Assembly: GCA_964016885.1 (NCBI GenBank)
Contig: OZ024760.1
Span: forward strand, 30,194,001 to 30,258,000
Length of the DNA: 64,000 bases
Direction: 5' to 3'
Source: Eledone cirrhosa
Taxonomy: Eukaryota
The translations under genes and the position numbers were made by a program. How positions within the stretch are numbered: the stretch's first letter is position 1; every line of letters starts with the position of its first letter. Positions 27,151 through 43,800 of the stretch are shown in pieces. Below the pieces are notes generated by a model. It was not told where the DNA came from, did not search any database, and was given only the letters and a program-made list of their open reading frames with translations.

Positions 27151-30100
27151 AATGTAATGTAATGTAATGTAATGTAATGTGTAATGTAATGTAATGTAAT
27201 GTAATGTAATGTAATGTAATGTAATGCAACGTAATGTAATTTAATGTAATGTGTAATGTAATGTAATGTGTAATGTATTGTAATGTAATGTAATGTAATG
27301 TAATGTAATGTAATGTGTAATGTAATGTAATGTAATGTAATGTGTAATGTAATGTAATGTAATGTAATGTAATGTAATGTAATGTAATGTAATGTAATGT
27401 AATGTAATGTAATGTAGTATGTAATGTGATGTAATGTAATGTAATGTAATGAAATGTAATGTAATGTAATGTAATGTAATGTAATGTAATGTAATGTAAT
27501 GTAATGTAATGTAATGTAATGTAATGTAATGTAATGTAATGTAATGTAATGTAATGTAATGTAATGTAATGTAATGTGTAATGTAATGTAATGTAATGTA
27601 ATGTAATGTAATGTAATGTGTAATGTAATGTAATGTAATGTAATATGTAATGTAATGTAATGTAATTTAATGTAATGTCTAATGTAATGTAATGTAATGT
27701 ATTGTAATGTAATGTAATGTAATGTGTATCGTGTAATGTGAATTGTGTAATGTAATGTAATGTAATGTAATGTAATGTAATGTAATGTAATGTGTAATGT
27801 AATGTAATGTAACGTAATGTAATGTGTAATGTAATGTAATGTAATGTAATGTAATGTGTAATGTAATGTAATGTAATGTAACGTAATGTAATGTAAAGTA
27901 ATGTAATGTAACGTAATGTAATGTAATGTGTATCGTGTAATGTGAATTGTGTAATGTAATGTAATGTAATGTAATGTAATGTAATGTGTAATGTAATGTA
28001 ATGTAATGTAATGTGTAATGTAATGCAATGTAATGTAATGTAATGCAATGTAATGTAATGTAATGTAAAGTAATGTAATGTAACGTAATGTAATATAATG
28101 TAATGTAATGTATAATGTAATGTAATGTAATGTGTAATGTAATGTAATGTAATGTAATATAATGTAATGTGTAATGTAATGTAATGTAATGTAATGTAAT
28201 GTAATGTAATGTAATGTAATGTGTAATGTAATGTAATATAATATAACGTATAATGTAACGTAATGTAATGTAATGTAATGTAGTATGTAATGTGATGTAA
28301 TGTAATGAAATGTAATGTAATGTAATGTAATGTAATGTAATGTAATGTAATGTAATGTAATGTGTAATGTAATGTAATGTAATGTAATCTAATGTAATGT
28401 AATGCAACGTAATGTAATGTAATGTAATGTAATGTAATGTAATGTGTAATGTAATGTAATGTAATATGTAATGTAATGTAATGTAATTTAATGTAATGTC
28501 TAATGTAATGTAATGTAATGTATTGTAATGTAATGTAATGTAATGTGTATCGTGTAATGTGAATTGTGTAATGTAATGTAATGTAATGTAATGTAATGTA
28601 ATGTAATGTAATGTAATGTAATGTAATGTAATGTAATGCAATGTAATGTAAAGTAATGTAATGTAACGTAATGTAATGTAATGTAATGTATAATGTAATG
28701 TAATGTAATGTAATGTGTAATGTAATGTAATGTAATGTAATGTAATGTAATGAAATGTAACGTAATGTAATGTAATGTAATATAATTTAATGTAACGTAA
28801 TGTAATGTAATGTAATATAATGTAATGTAATGTAATGTGTAACGTAATGTAATGTAATGTAATGTAATGTAAAGTAATGTAATGTAATGTAATGTGTAAT
28901 GTAATGTAATGTGTAATGTAATGTAATGTAATGTAATGTGTAATGTAATGTAATGTAATGAAATGTAACGTAATGTAATGTAATGTAATGTAATGTAATG
29001 TAATGTAATGTAATGTAATGTAAAGTAATGTAATGTAATGTAATGTAATGTAATGTAACGTGTAATGTAATGTAATGTAATGTAATGTAAAGTAATGTAA
29101 TGTAATGTAATGTAATGTAATGTGTAACGTAATGTAATGTAACGTAATGTGTAATGTAATGTAATGTCATGTAATGTAATGTAATATGTAATGTAATGTA
29201 ATGTAATGTAATATGTAATGTAATGTAATGTAATGTGATGTAATATGTAATATGTAATGTAATGTAATGTAATGTGTGATGTACTGTAATGTAATGTAAT
29301 GTGTAATGTAATGTAAAGTAATGTGTAATGTAACATAATGTAATGTAATGTAATGTAATGTAATGTAATGTGTAATGTAATGTAATGTGTAATGTCATGT
29401 AATGTAATGTAATGTAATGTAATGTTATGTAATGTGTAATATAATGTAATGTGTAATGTAATGTAATGTAATGTAATGTAATGTAATGTAATGTAATGTA
29501 ATGTAATGTATATTGTAATGTAATGTGTAATGTAATGTAATGTAATGTAATGTGTAATGTAATGTAAAGTAATGTGTAATGTAATGTAATGTAATGTAAT
29601 GCAATGTAATGTAATGTAATGTGTAATGTAATGTAATGTAATGTAATGTAATTTAATTTTTAATGTTTAATGTAATGTAATGTAATGTAATGTAATGTGT
29701 AATGTAATGTAATGTAATGTAATGTAATATAATGTAATGTAATATAATGTAATGTAATATGTAATGTGTAATGTAATGTAATGTAATGTAATGTAATGTA
29801 ATGTGTAATGTAATGTAATTTAATGTAATGTAATGTAATGTAATGTAATGTAATGTGTAATGAAATGTAACGTAATGTAATGTAATGTAATGTAATGTAA
29901 TGTAACGTGTAATGTAATGTAATGTAATGTAATGTAAAGTAATGTAATGTAATGTAATGTGTAATGTAATGTAATGTAATGTAATGTTATGTAATGTAAT
30001 GTAATGTGTAATGTAATGTAATGTGTAATGTAATATAATGTAATGTAATTTAATGTTATGTAATGTATTGTGTAATGTAACGTACTGTGTAATCTAATGT

Positions 30101-31999
30101 AATGTAATGTAATGTAATGTAATGTAATGTAATGTAATGTAATGTAATGCAACGTAATGTAATTTAATGTAATGTGTAATGTAATGTAATGTGTAATGTA
30201 ATGTAATGTAATGTAATGTAATGTAATGTAATGTAATGTAATGTAATGTGTAATGTAATGTAATGTAATGTAATGTGTAATGTAATGTAATGTAATGTAA
30301 TGTAATGTAATGTAATGTAATGTAATGTAATGTAGTATGTAATGTGATGTAATGTAATGTAATGTAATGAAATGTAATGTAATGTAATGTAATGTAATTT
30401 AATGTAATGTAATGTAATGTGTAATGTAATGTAATGTAATGTAATGTAATGTAATGTAATGTAATGTAATGAAATGTAATGTAATGTAATGTGTAATGTA
30501 ATGTAATGTAATGTAATATGTAATGTAATGTAATGTAATTTAATGTAATGTCTAATGTAATGTAATGTAATGTAATGTAATGTAATGTAATGTAATGTAA
30601 TGTAATGTAATGTAATGTAATGCAACGTAATGTAATTTAATGTAATGTGTAATGTAATGTAATGTGTAATGTAATGTAATGTAATGTAATGTAATGTAAT
30701 GTAATGTAATGTAATGTAATGTAATGTAATGTGTAATGTGTAATGTAATGTAATGTAATGTAATGTAATGTGTAATGTAATGTAATGTAATGTAATGTAA
30801 TGTAATGTAATGTAATGTAATGTAATGTAATGTAGTATGTAATGTGATGTAATGTAATGTAATGTAATGTAATGTAATGTAATGTGTAATGTAATGTAAT
30901 GTAATGTAATGTAATGTAATGTAATGTAATGTAATGTAATGTAATGTAATGTAATGTGTAATGTAATGTAATGTAATGTAATGTAATGTGTAATGTAATG
31001 TAATGTAATGTAATGTGTAATGTAATGTAATGTAATGTAATGTAATGTAATGTAAAGTAATGTAATGTAACGTAATGTAATGTAATGTGTATCGTGTAAT
31101 GTGAATTGTGTAATGTAATGTAATGTAATGTAATGTAATGTAATGTAATGTAATGTGTAATGTAATGTAATGTAATGTAATGTGTAATGTAATGTAATGT
31201 AATGTAATGTAATGCAATGTAATGTAATGTAATGTAAAGTAATGTAATGTAACGTAATGTAATATAATGTAATGTAATGTATAATGTAATGTAATGTAAT
31301 GTGTAATGTAATGTAATGTAATGTAATGTAATGTGTAATGTAATGTAATGTAATGTAATGTAATGTAATGTAATGTAATGTAATGTGTAATGTAATGTAA
31401 TGTAATATAACGTGTAATGTAACGTAATGTAATGAAATGTAACATAATGTAATGTAATGAAATATAATTTAATGTAACGTAATGTAATGTAATGTAATTT
31501 AATGTAATGTAATGTAATGTAATGTAATATAATGTGTAATGTAATGTAATGTAATGTAATGTAATGTAATGTAATGTAATGTGTAACGTAATGTAATGTA
31601 ATGTAATGAAATGTAATGTAATGTAATGTAATGTAATGTAATGTAATGTAATGTAATGTGTAATGTAATGTAATGTAATGTAATATAAAGTAATGTAATG
31701 TAATGTAATGTAATGTGTAATGTGTAATATAATGTAATGTAATGTAATGTAATGTAATGTAATGAAATGTAATGTAATGTAATGTAATGTAATGTAATGT
31801 AATGTAATGTAATGTAATGTAATGTAATGTAATGTAATGTAATGTAATGTAATGTAATGTAATGTAATGTAATGTAATGTAATGTAATGTAATGTAATGT
31901 AATGTAATGTAATGTAATGTAATGTAATGTAATGTAATGAAATGCAATGTAATGTAATGTAATGTAATGTAATGTAATGTAATGTAATGTAATGTAATG

Positions 32000-34800
32000 T
32001 AATGTGTAATGTAATGTAATGTAATCTAATATAATGTAATGTAACGTAATGTAATGTAATGTAATGTAATGTAATGTAATGTGTAATGTAATGTAATGTA
32101 ATATGTAATGTAATGTAATGTAATGTAATGTGTAATGTAATGTAATGTAATGTAATATGTAATGTAATGTAAAGTAATTTAATGTAATGTCTAATGTAAT
32201 GTAATGTAATGTATTGTAATGTAATGTAATGTAATGTGTATCGTGTAATGTGAATTGTGTAATGTAATGCAATGTAATGTAATGTAATGTAATGTAATGT
32301 AATGTGTAAAGTAATGTAATGTAATGTAATGTAATGTAATGTAATGTGTAATGTAATGTACTGTAATGTAATGTAATGTAATGTAATGTAATGTAATGTA
32401 ATGTAATGTAATGTGTAATGTAATGTAATGTAATATAATGTAATGTGTAATGTAATGTAATGTAATGTAATGTAATGTAATATATAATGTAATGTAATGT
32501 AATGTAATGTAATGTAATGTAATGTAATGTAATGTGTAATGTAATGTAATGTAATGTGTAACGTAACGTAATGTGTAATGTAAAGTAATGTAATGTAATG
32601 TAATGTGTAATGTAATATGTAATGTAATGTAATGTAATGTAATGTTATGTAATGTAATGTGTAATGTAACGTAACGTGTAATCTAATGTAATGTAATGTA
32701 ATGTAATGTAATGTGTAATGTAACGTAATGTGTAATGTAATGTAATGTAATGTAATGTGTAATGTAATGTAATGTGTAATGTAAAGTAATGTAATGTAAT
32801 GTAATGTGTAATGTAATGTAATGTAATGTAATGTAATGTAATGTGTAATGTAATGTAATGTAATGTAATGTAATGTAATGTAATGTAATGTGTAATGTAA
32901 CGTAATGTGTAATGTAATGTAATGTAATGTAATGTAATGTAATGTAATGTAATGTAATGTGTAATATAATGTAATGTAATGTGTAATGTAATGTAATGTA
33001 ATGTAATGTAACGTGTAATGTAATGTAATGTGTAATGTAATGAAATGTAATGTAATGTAATGTAATGTAATGTAATGTGTAATGTAATGTGTAATGTAAT
33101 GAAATGTAATGTAATGTGTAATGTAATGTAATGTAATGTGTAATGTAATGTAATGTAATGTAATGTAATGTAATGTAATGTAATGTAGTATGTAATGTGA
33201 TGTAATGTAATGTAATGTAATGTAATGTAATGAAATGAAATGAAATGTAATGTAATGTAATGTAATGTAATGTAATGTAATGTAATGTAATGTAATGTAA
33301 TGTAATGTAATGTGTAATGTAACGTAATGTAATCTAATATAATGTAACGTAATGTAATGTAATGTAATGTAACGTAATGTAATGTAATGTAATGTAATGT
33401 GTAATGTAATGTTATGTAATGTAATATGTAATGTAATGTAATGTAATGTAATGTAATGTAATGTAACGTAATGTAATGTAATGTAAAGTAATGTAATGTA
33501 ACGTAAAGTAATGTAATGTAATGTATAATGTAATGTAATGTAATGTAATGTGTAATGTAATGTAATGTAATGTAATGAAATGTAACATAATGTAATGTAA
33601 TATAATTTAATGTAACGTAATGTCATGTAATGTAATGTAATGTAATGTAATGTAATGTAATGTGTAACGTAATGTAATGTAATGTAATGTAATGTGTAAT
33701 GTAATGTAATGTAGTGTAATGCAATGTGTAATGTAATGTAATGTAATGTAATTTAATGTAATGTAATGTAATGTAATGTAATGTAATGTAATGTAATGTA
33801 ATGTAATGTGTAATGAAATGTAATGTAATGTAATGTAATGTAATGTAATGTAATGTAATGTGTAATGTAATGTAATGTAATGTAATGTGTAATGTAATGT
33901 AATGTAATGCAATGTAATGTAATGTAATGTGTAATGTAATGTAATGTAATGTAATGTAACGTAATGTAATGTAATGTAATGTGTAATGTAATGAAATTTG
34001 TAATGTAATGTTTAATGTAATGTAATGTAATGTAATGTAATGTAATGTAATGTAATGTAATGTAATGTAATGTAATGTAATGTAATGTTATGTTTAATGT
34101 AATGTAATGTAATATAATTTAATTTTTAATGTAATGTAATGTAATGTAATGTAATGTAATGTAATGTAATGTAATGTAATGTGTAATGTAATGTAATGTA
34201 ATGTAATGTAACGTAATGTTTAATGTAAAGTAATGTAATGTAATGAAATGTAATGTAATGTGTAATGTAATGTAACGTAGTGTAATGTAATATAATGTGT
34301 AATGTAATGTAATGTAATGTAATGTAATGTAATGTAATGTAATGAGTAAATGTGTAATGTAATGTAATGTAATGTGTAATGTAATGTAATGAAATATGTA
34401 ATGTAATGTAATGTAATGTGTAATGTAATGTAATGTAATGTAATGTAATGTAATGTATAACGTAATGTAATGTAATGTAATGTAATGTAATGTGTAATGT
34501 AATGTAATGTGTAATGTAATGTAATGTATTGTAATGTGTAATGTAATGTAATGTAATGTAATGTAATGTAATGTAATGTAATGTAATGTAATGTAATGTA
34601 ATGTAATGTGTAATGTAATGTAATGTAATGCAATGCAATGCAATGCAAGCCAATGCAATGCAATGCAATGCAATGTAATGTAATGTAATGTAATGTAATG
34701 TAATGTAATGTGTAATGTAATTTAATGTAATGTAATATAATGTAATGTGTAATGTAATGTAATGTAATATGGAATGTAATCTAATGTAATGTAATGTGTA
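32000..34800. repeat. ~2.7-kb block duplicated at ~41250-43900 (offset ~9.1 kb)
   Basis: GAAATTTGTAAT ~33993/~43102, GAGTAAATGTG ~34344/~43433, GCAAGCCAATGC ~34645/~43739, ATATGGAATGTAATCT ~34767/~43856. Confidence 0.9.
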
Positions 34801-37800
34801 ATGTAATGTAATGTAATGTAATGTAATGTGTAACGTAATGTAATGTAAAGTAATGTAATGTAATGTAATGTAATGTAATGTAATGTGTAATGTTATGTAA
34901 TGTAATGTTATGTAATGTATTGTAATGTAATGTGTAATGTAATGTGTAATGTAACGTAATGTGTAATGTAATGTAATGTAATGTAATGTTATGTAATGTA
35001 ATGTGTAACATAATGTGTAATGTAATGTAATGTGTAATGTAATGTAATGTGTAATGTAATGTAATATAATGTAATGTAATGTAATGTAATGTAATGTAAT
35101 GTAATGTAATGTGTAATGTAATGTAATGTAATGTAATGTAATGTAATGTAATGTAATGTGTAATGTAATGTAATGTGTAATCTAATGTAATGTAATGTTA
35201 TGTAATGTAAGGTGTAATGTAATGTGTAATGTAACGTAATGTGTAACGTAATGTAATGCAATGGAATGTAATGTAATGTAATGTAATGTAATGTTATGTA
35301 ATGTAATGTGTAATGTAACGTAATGTGTAATGTAATGTGTAATGTAATGTTATGTAATGTAATGTGTAATGTAACGTAATGTGTAATCTAATGTAATGTA
35401 ATGTAATGTAATGTAATGTGTAATGTAATGTAATGTAATGTAATGTAATGTGTAATGTAATGTAATGTAATGTAATGTGTAGTGTAATGTAATGTAACGT
35501 AATGTGTAATGTAATGTAATGTAATGTGTAATGTGTAATGTGTAATGTAATTTAATGTAATGTAATGTAATCTAAAGTAATGTAATATGTAATGTAATGT
35601 AATGTAATGTAATATGTAATGTAATGTAATGTAATATAATGTAATGTAATGTAATGTAATGTAATGTAATGTAATGTGTAATGTAATGTAATGTAATGTA
35701 ATGGAATGTAATGTGTAATGTAATGTAATGTAATGTAATGTAATGTAATGTAATGTAATGTAATGTAATGTGTAATGTAATGTAATGTAATGTAATGAAA
35801 TGTAATGTAATGTAATGTAATGTAATGTAATGTAATGTAATGTGTAATGTAATGTAATGTAATGTAATATAATGTAATGTAATGTAATGTAATGTAATGT
35901 GTAATGTGTAATGTAATGTAATGTAATGTAATGTAATGTAATGTAATGTAATGTGTAATGTAATGTAATGTAATGTAACGTAATGTAATGTGTAATGTAA
36001 TGTAATGTGTAATGTAATGTAATGTAATGTAATGTAATATAATGCAATGTAATATGTAACGTAATTTAATGTAATGTAATGTAAAGTAATGTAATGTGTA
36101 ATGTAATGTAATGTAATTTAATGTAATGTCTAATGTAATGTGTAATGTAATGTAATGTAAGGTAATGTAATGTAATGTAATGTAATGTAATGTAATGTAA
36201 TGTAATGTGTAATGTAATGTAATGTAATGAAATGTAATGTAATGTAGTGTAATGTAATGTAATGTAATGTGTAATGTAATGTAATGTAATGTAATATAAT
36301 GTAATGTAATGTAATGTAATGTAATGTGTAATGTGTAATATAATGTAATGTAATGTAATGTAATGTAATGTAATGTAATGAAATGTAATGTAATGTAATG
36401 TAATGTAATGTAATGTAATGTAATGTAATGTAATGTAATGTAATGTAATGTAATGTAATGTAATTTAATGTAATGTCTAATGTAATATAATGTAATGTAA
36501 TGTAATGTAATGTACTGTAATGTGCAATGAAATGTAATATAATGTGTAATGTAATGTAATGTAATGTAATGTAATGTAATGTAATGTACTGTAATGTAAT
36601 GTAATGTGTAATGTAATGTAATGTTCAATGTAATGTAATGTAATGTAATGTAATGTAATGTATTGTAATTTAATGTAATGTAATGTAATGTAATGTAATG
36701 TGTATCGTGTAATGTGAATTGTGTAATGTAATGTAATATAATGTGTATCGTGTAATGTGAATTGTGTAATGTAATGTAATGTAATGGAATGTAATGTAAT
36801 GTAATGTAACGTGTAATGTAATGTAATGTAATGTAATGTGTAATGTAATGTAATGTAATGTAATGTAATGTAATGTAATGTAATGTAATGTAATGTAATG
36901 TAATGTAATGTAAATTAATGTAATGTAACGTAATGTAATGTAATGTAATGTATAATGTAATGTAATGTAATGTAATGTAATGTAATGTAATGTAATGTAA
37001 TGTAATGTAATGTAATGTGTAATGTAATGTATTGTAATGTAATGTGTAATGTAATGTATTGTAATGTGTAATGTAATGTAATGTAATGAAATGTAATGTA
37101 TTGTAATGTAATGTAATGTAATTTAATGTAACGTAATGTAATGTAATGTAATGTAATGTAAAGTAATGTAATGTAATGTAATGTAATGTTATGTAATGTG
37201 TAATGTAATGTAATGTAATGTAAAGTAATGTAATGTAATGTAATGTGTAACGTAATGTAATGTAATGTAATGTAATGTGTAATGTAATGTAATGTGTAAT
37301 GTAATGTAATGTAATGTGTAATGTAATGTAATGTAATGTAATGTAATGTAATGTAATGTAATATAATGTAATGTAATGTAATGTAATGTAATGTGTAATG
37401 TTATGTAATATAATGTTATGTAATGTATTTTAATGTAATGTGTAATGTAATGTGTAATGTAACGTAATGTGTAATGTAATGTAATGTAATGTAATGTTAT
37501 GTAATGTAATGTGTAACGTAATGTGTAATGTAATGTAATGTAATGTAATGTAATGTAATGTAATGTAATGTAATGTAATGTAATGTAATGTTATGTAATG
37601 TAATGTGTAATGTAACATAATGTGTAATGTAATGTAATGTAATGTAATGTAATGTAATGTAATGTGTAATGTAACGTAATGTGTAATGTAATGTAATGTA
37701 ATGTAATGTGTAATGTAATGTAATGTAATGTAATGTAATGTGTAATGTAATGTTATGTAATGTAATGTGTAATGTAATGTAATGTGTAATGTAATGTAAT

Positions 37801-40800
37801 ATAATGTAATGTAATGTAATGTAATGTGTAATGTAATGTAATGTAATGTAATGTAATGTAATGTAATGTAATGTAACGTGTAATGTAATGTAATGTGTAA
37901 TGTAATGTAATGTAATGTAATGTGTAATGTAATGTAATGTTATGTAATGTAAGGTGTAATGTAATGTGTAATGTAAAGTAATGTGTAATGTAATGTAATG
38001 TACTGTAATGTAATGTAATGTAATGTTATGTAATGTAATGTGTAATGTAACGTAATGTGTAATGTAATGTGTAATGTAATGTAATGTAATGTTATGTAAT
38101 GTAATGTGTAATGTAACGTAATGTGTAATCTAATGTAATGTAATGTAATGTAATGTAATGTAATGTGTAATGTAATGTAATGTAATGTGTAATGTAATGT
38201 AATGTAACGCAATGTGTAATGTAATGTAATGTAATGTGTAATGTGTAATGTGTACTGTCATTTAATGTAATGTAATGTAATCTAAAGTAATGTAATATGT
38301 AATGTAATGTAATGTAATATGTAATGTAATGTAATGTAATGTAATTTAATGTAATGTAATGTAATGTAATTTAATGTAATGTAATGTAATGTAATGTAAT
38401 GTAATGTAATGCAATGTAATGTAATGTAATGTAATGTAATGTAATGTAATGTGTAAAGTAATGTAATGTAATGTAATGTAATGTGTAATGTAATGTACTG
38501 TAATGTAATGTAATGTAAAGTAATGTAATGTAATGTGTAATGTAATGTAATGTAATGTAATATAATGTAATGTGTAATGTAATGTAATGTAATGTAATGT
38601 AATATATAATGTAATGTAATGTAATGTAATGTAATGTAATGTAATGTGTAATGTAATGTAATGTAATGTGTAACGTAACGTAATGTGTAATGTAAAGTAA
38701 TGTAATGTAATGTAATGTTATGTAATGTAATGTGTAATGTAACGTAACGTGTAATCTAATGTAATGTAATGTAATGTAATGTGTAATGTAACGTAATGTG
38801 TAATGTAATGTAATGTAATGTAATGTGTAATGTAATGTAATGTAATGTAATGTAATGTAATGTAATGTGTAATGTAATGTAATGTAATGTAATGTAATGT
38901 AATGTAATGTGTAATGTAACGTAATGTGTAATGTAATGTAATGTAATGTAATGTAATGTAATGTGTAATGTAATGTAATGTAATGTAATGAAATGTGTAA
39001 TGTAATGTAATGTGTAATGTAATGTAATGTAATGTAATGTAATGTGTAATGTTATGTAATGTGTAATGTAATGTAATGTAAAGTAATGTAATGTAATGTA
39101 ATGTGTAACGTAATGTAATGTAATGTAATGTAATGTGTAATATAATGTAATGTAATGTAATGTAATGTAATGTAATGTAATGTAATGTAATGTAATGTAA
39201 TGTAATGTAATGTAATGTAAAGTAATGTAATGTAATGTAATGTGTAATGTTATGTAATGTAATGTTATGTAATGTATTGTAATGTAATGTGTAATGTAAT
39301 GTTTAATGTAACGTAATGTGTAATGTAATGTAATGTAATGTAATGTAATGTTATGTAATGTAATGTGTAACATAATGTGTAATGTAATGTAATGTTATGT
39401 AATGTAATGTGTAATGTAACGTAATGTGTAATCTAATGTAATGTAATGTAATGTAATGTAATGTAATGTAATGTAATGTAATGTAATGTAATGTGTAATG
39501 TAATGTAATGTGTAATGTAATGTAATATAATGTAATGTAATGTAATGTAATGTAATGTGTAATGTAATGTAATGTAATGTAATGTAATGTGTAATGTAAT
39601 GTAATGTGTAATCTAATGTAATGTAATGTAATGTGTAATGTAATGTAATGTTATGTAATGTAAGGTGTAATGTAATGTGTAATGTAACGTAATGTGTAAC
39701 GTAATGTAATGTAATGTAATGTAATGTAATGTAATGTTATGTAATGTAATGTGTAATGTAACGTAATGTGTAATGTAATGTGTAATGTTATGTAATGTAA
39801 TGTAATGTAATGTAATGTGTAATGTAATGTAATGTAATGTAATGTAATGTATTGTAATGTGTAATGTGTAATGTAATGTAATGTAATGTAACGTAATGTG
39901 TAATGTAATGTAATGTAATGTGTAATGTGTAATGTGTAATGTAATTTAATGTAATGTAATGTAATCTAAAGTAATGTAATATGTAATGTAATGTAATGTA
40001 ATGTAATATGTAATGTAATGTAATGTAATGTAATGTAATGTAATGTAATGTAATGTAATGTAATGTAATGTAATGTAATGTAATGTAATGTAATGTAATG
40101 TAATGCAATGCAATGCAATGCAATGTAATGTAATGTAATGTGTAAAGTAATGTAATGTAATGTAATGTAATGTGTAATGTAATGTACTGTAATGCCTAAT
40201 GTAATGTAATGTAATGTAATGTAATGTGTAATGTAATGTAATGTAATATAATGTAATGTGTAATGTAATGTAATGTAATGTAATGTAATGTAATATATAA
40301 TGTAATGTAATGTAATGTAATGTAATGTAATGTAATGTAATGTAATGTAATGTGTAATGTAATGTAATGTAATGTGTAACGTAACGTAATGTGTAATGTA
40401 AAGTAATGTAATGTAATGTAATGTGTAATGTAATGTGTAATGTAATGTAATGTAATGTAATGTTATGTAATGTAATGTGTAATGTAACGTAACGTGTAAT
40501 CTAATGTAATGTAATGTAATGTAATGTAATGTAATGTGTAATGTAACGTAATGTGTAATGTAATGTAATGTGTAATGTAATGTAATGTAATGTAATGTAA
40601 TGTGTAATGTAATGTAATGTAATGTAATGTAATGTAATGTAATGTGTAATGTAATGTAATATAATGTAATGTAATGTGTAATGTAACGTAATGTGTAATG
40701 TAATGTAATGTAATGTAATGTAATGTAATGTAATGTAATGTGTAATGTAATGTAATGTAATGTGTAATGTAATGTAATGTAATGTAATGTAATATGTAAT

Positions 40801-43800
40801 GTAATGTAATGTGTAATGTAATGAAATGTAATGTAATGTAATGTAATGTAATGTGTAATGTAATGTGTAATGTAATGTAATGTAATGTAATGTAATGTAA
40901 TGTAATGTAATGTAATGTAATGTAATGTGTAATGTAATGTGATGTGTAATGTGTAATGTGTAATGTAATGTAATGTAATGTAATGTAATGTAATGTAATG
41001 TAATGTAATGTAATGTAATGTAATTTTATGTAATGTAATGTGTAATGTAACGTACTGTGTAATCTAATGTAATGTAATCTAATGTAATGTAATATAATGT
41101 AATGAAATGTAATGTAATGTAATGTAATGTAATGTAATGTAATGTAATGTAATGTAATGAAATGTAATGTAATGTAATGTAATGTAATGTAATGTAATGT
41201 AGTGTAATGTAATGTAATGTAATGTAATGTAATGTGTAATGTAATGTAATCTAATCTAATATAATGTAATGTAACGTAATGTAATGTAATGTAATGTAAT
41301 GTAATGTGTAATGTAATGTAATGTAATGTAATATGTAATGTAATGTAAAGTAATTTAATGTAATGTCTAATGTAATGTAATGTAATGTATTGTAATGTAA
41401 TGTAATGTAATGTGTATCGTGTAATGTGAATTGTGTAATGTAATGCAATGTAATGTAATGTAATGTAATGTGTAAAGTAATGTAATGTAATGTAATGTAA
41501 TGTAATGTAATGTGTAATGTAATGTACTGTAATGTAATGTAATGTAATGTAATGTAATGTAATGTAATGTAATGTAATGTGTAATGTAATGTAATGTAAT
41601 GTAATATAATGTAATGTGTAATGTAATGTAATGTAATGTAATGTAATGTAATATATAATGTAATGTAATGTAATGTAATGTAATGTAATGTAATGTAATG
41701 TGTAATGTAATGTAATGTAATGTGTAATGTAACGTAATGTGTAATGTAAAGTAATGTAATGTAATGTAATGTGTAATGTAATATGTAATGTAATGTAATG
41801 TAATGTAATGTTATGTAATGTAATGTGTAATGTAACGTAACGTGTAATCTAATGTAATGTAATGTAATGTGTAATGTAACGTAATGTGTAATGTAATGTA
41901 ATGTAATGTAATGTGTAATGTAATGTAATGTGTAATGTAAAGTAATGTAATGTAATGTAATGTGTAATGTAATGTAATGTAATGTAATGTAATGTGTAAT
42001 GTAATGTAATGTAATGTAATGTAATGTGTAATGTAACGTAATGTGTAATGTAAAGTAATGTAATGTAATGTAATGTAATGTAATGTAATGTAATGTGTAA
42101 TGTAATGTAATGTAATGTAATGTAATGTAATGTAACGTGTAATGTAATGTAATGTAATGTGTAATGTAATGAAATGTAATGTAATGTAATGTAATGTAAT
42201 GTAATGTGTAATGTAATGTGTAATGTAATGTAATGTAATGAAATGTAATGTAATGTGTAATGTAATGTAATGTAATGTGTAATGTAATGTAATGTAATGT
42301 AATGTAATGTAATGTAATGTAATGTAATGTAATGTAATGTAATGTAGTATGTAATGTGATGTAATGTAATGTAATGTAATGTAATGTGTAATGTAACGTA
42401 ATGTAATCTAATATTATGTAACGTAATGTAATGTAATGTAATGTAACGTAATGTAATGTAATGTAATGTAATGTGTAATGTAATGTTATGTAATGTAATA
42501 TGTAATGTAATGTAATGTAATGTAATGTAATGTAACGTAATGTAATGTAACGTAAAGTAATGTAATGTAACGTAAAGTAATGTAATGTAATGTAATGTAT
42601 AATGTAATGTAATGTAATGTGTAATGTAATGTAATGTAATGTAATGTAATGAAATGTAACGTAATGTAATGTAATGTAATATAATTTAATGTAACGTAAT
42701 GTCATGTAATGTAATGTAATGTAATGTAATGTGTAACGTAATGTAATGTAATGTAATGTAATGTGTAATGTAATGTAATGTAATGTAATGCAATGTGTAA
42801 TGTAATGTAATGTAATGTAATGTAATGTAATGTAATGTAATGTAATGTAATGTAATGTAATGTAATGTAATGTAATGTAATGTAATGTAATGTAATGTGT
42901 AATGAAATGTAATGTAATGTAATGTAATGTAATGTAATGTAATGTAATGTAATGTAATGTAATGTAATGTGTAATGTAATGTAATGTAATGTAATGTGTA
43001 ATGTAATGTAATGTAATGCAATGTAATGTAATGTAATGTGTAATGTAATGTAATGTAATGTAATGTAACGTAATGTAATGTAATGTAATGTGTAATGTAA
43101 TGAAATTTGTAATGTAATGTTTAATGTAATGTAATGTAATGTAATGTAGTGTAATGTAATGTTATGTAATGTAATGTAATGTTATGTTTAATGTAATGTA
43201 ATGTAATATAATTTAATTTTTAATGTAATGTAATGTAATGTAATGTAATGTAATGTAATGTAATGTAATGTGTAATGTAATGTAATGTAATGTAATGTAA
43301 CGTAATGTTTAATGTAAAGTAATGTAATGTAATGAAATGTAATGTAATGTGTAATGTAATGTAACGTAGTGTAATGTAATATAATGTGTAATGTAATGTA
43401 ATGTAATGTAATGTAATGTAATGTAATGTAATGAGTAAATGTGTAATGTAATGTAATGTAATGTGTAATGTAATGTAATGAAATATGTAATGTAATGTAA
43501 TGTAATGTGTAATGTAATGTAATGTAATGTAATGTAATGTATAACGTAATGTAATGTAATGTAATGTAATGTGTAATGTAATGTAATGTGTAATGTAATG
43601 TAATGTATTGTAATGTGTAATGTAATGTAATGTAATGTAATGTAATGTAATTTAATGTAATGTAATGTAATGTAATGTAATGTAATGGAATGTAATGTAA
43701 TGTAATGTGTAATGTAATGTAATGCAATGCAATGCAATGCAAGCCAATGCAATGCAATGCAATGCAATGTAATGTAATGTAATGTAATGTAATGTAATGT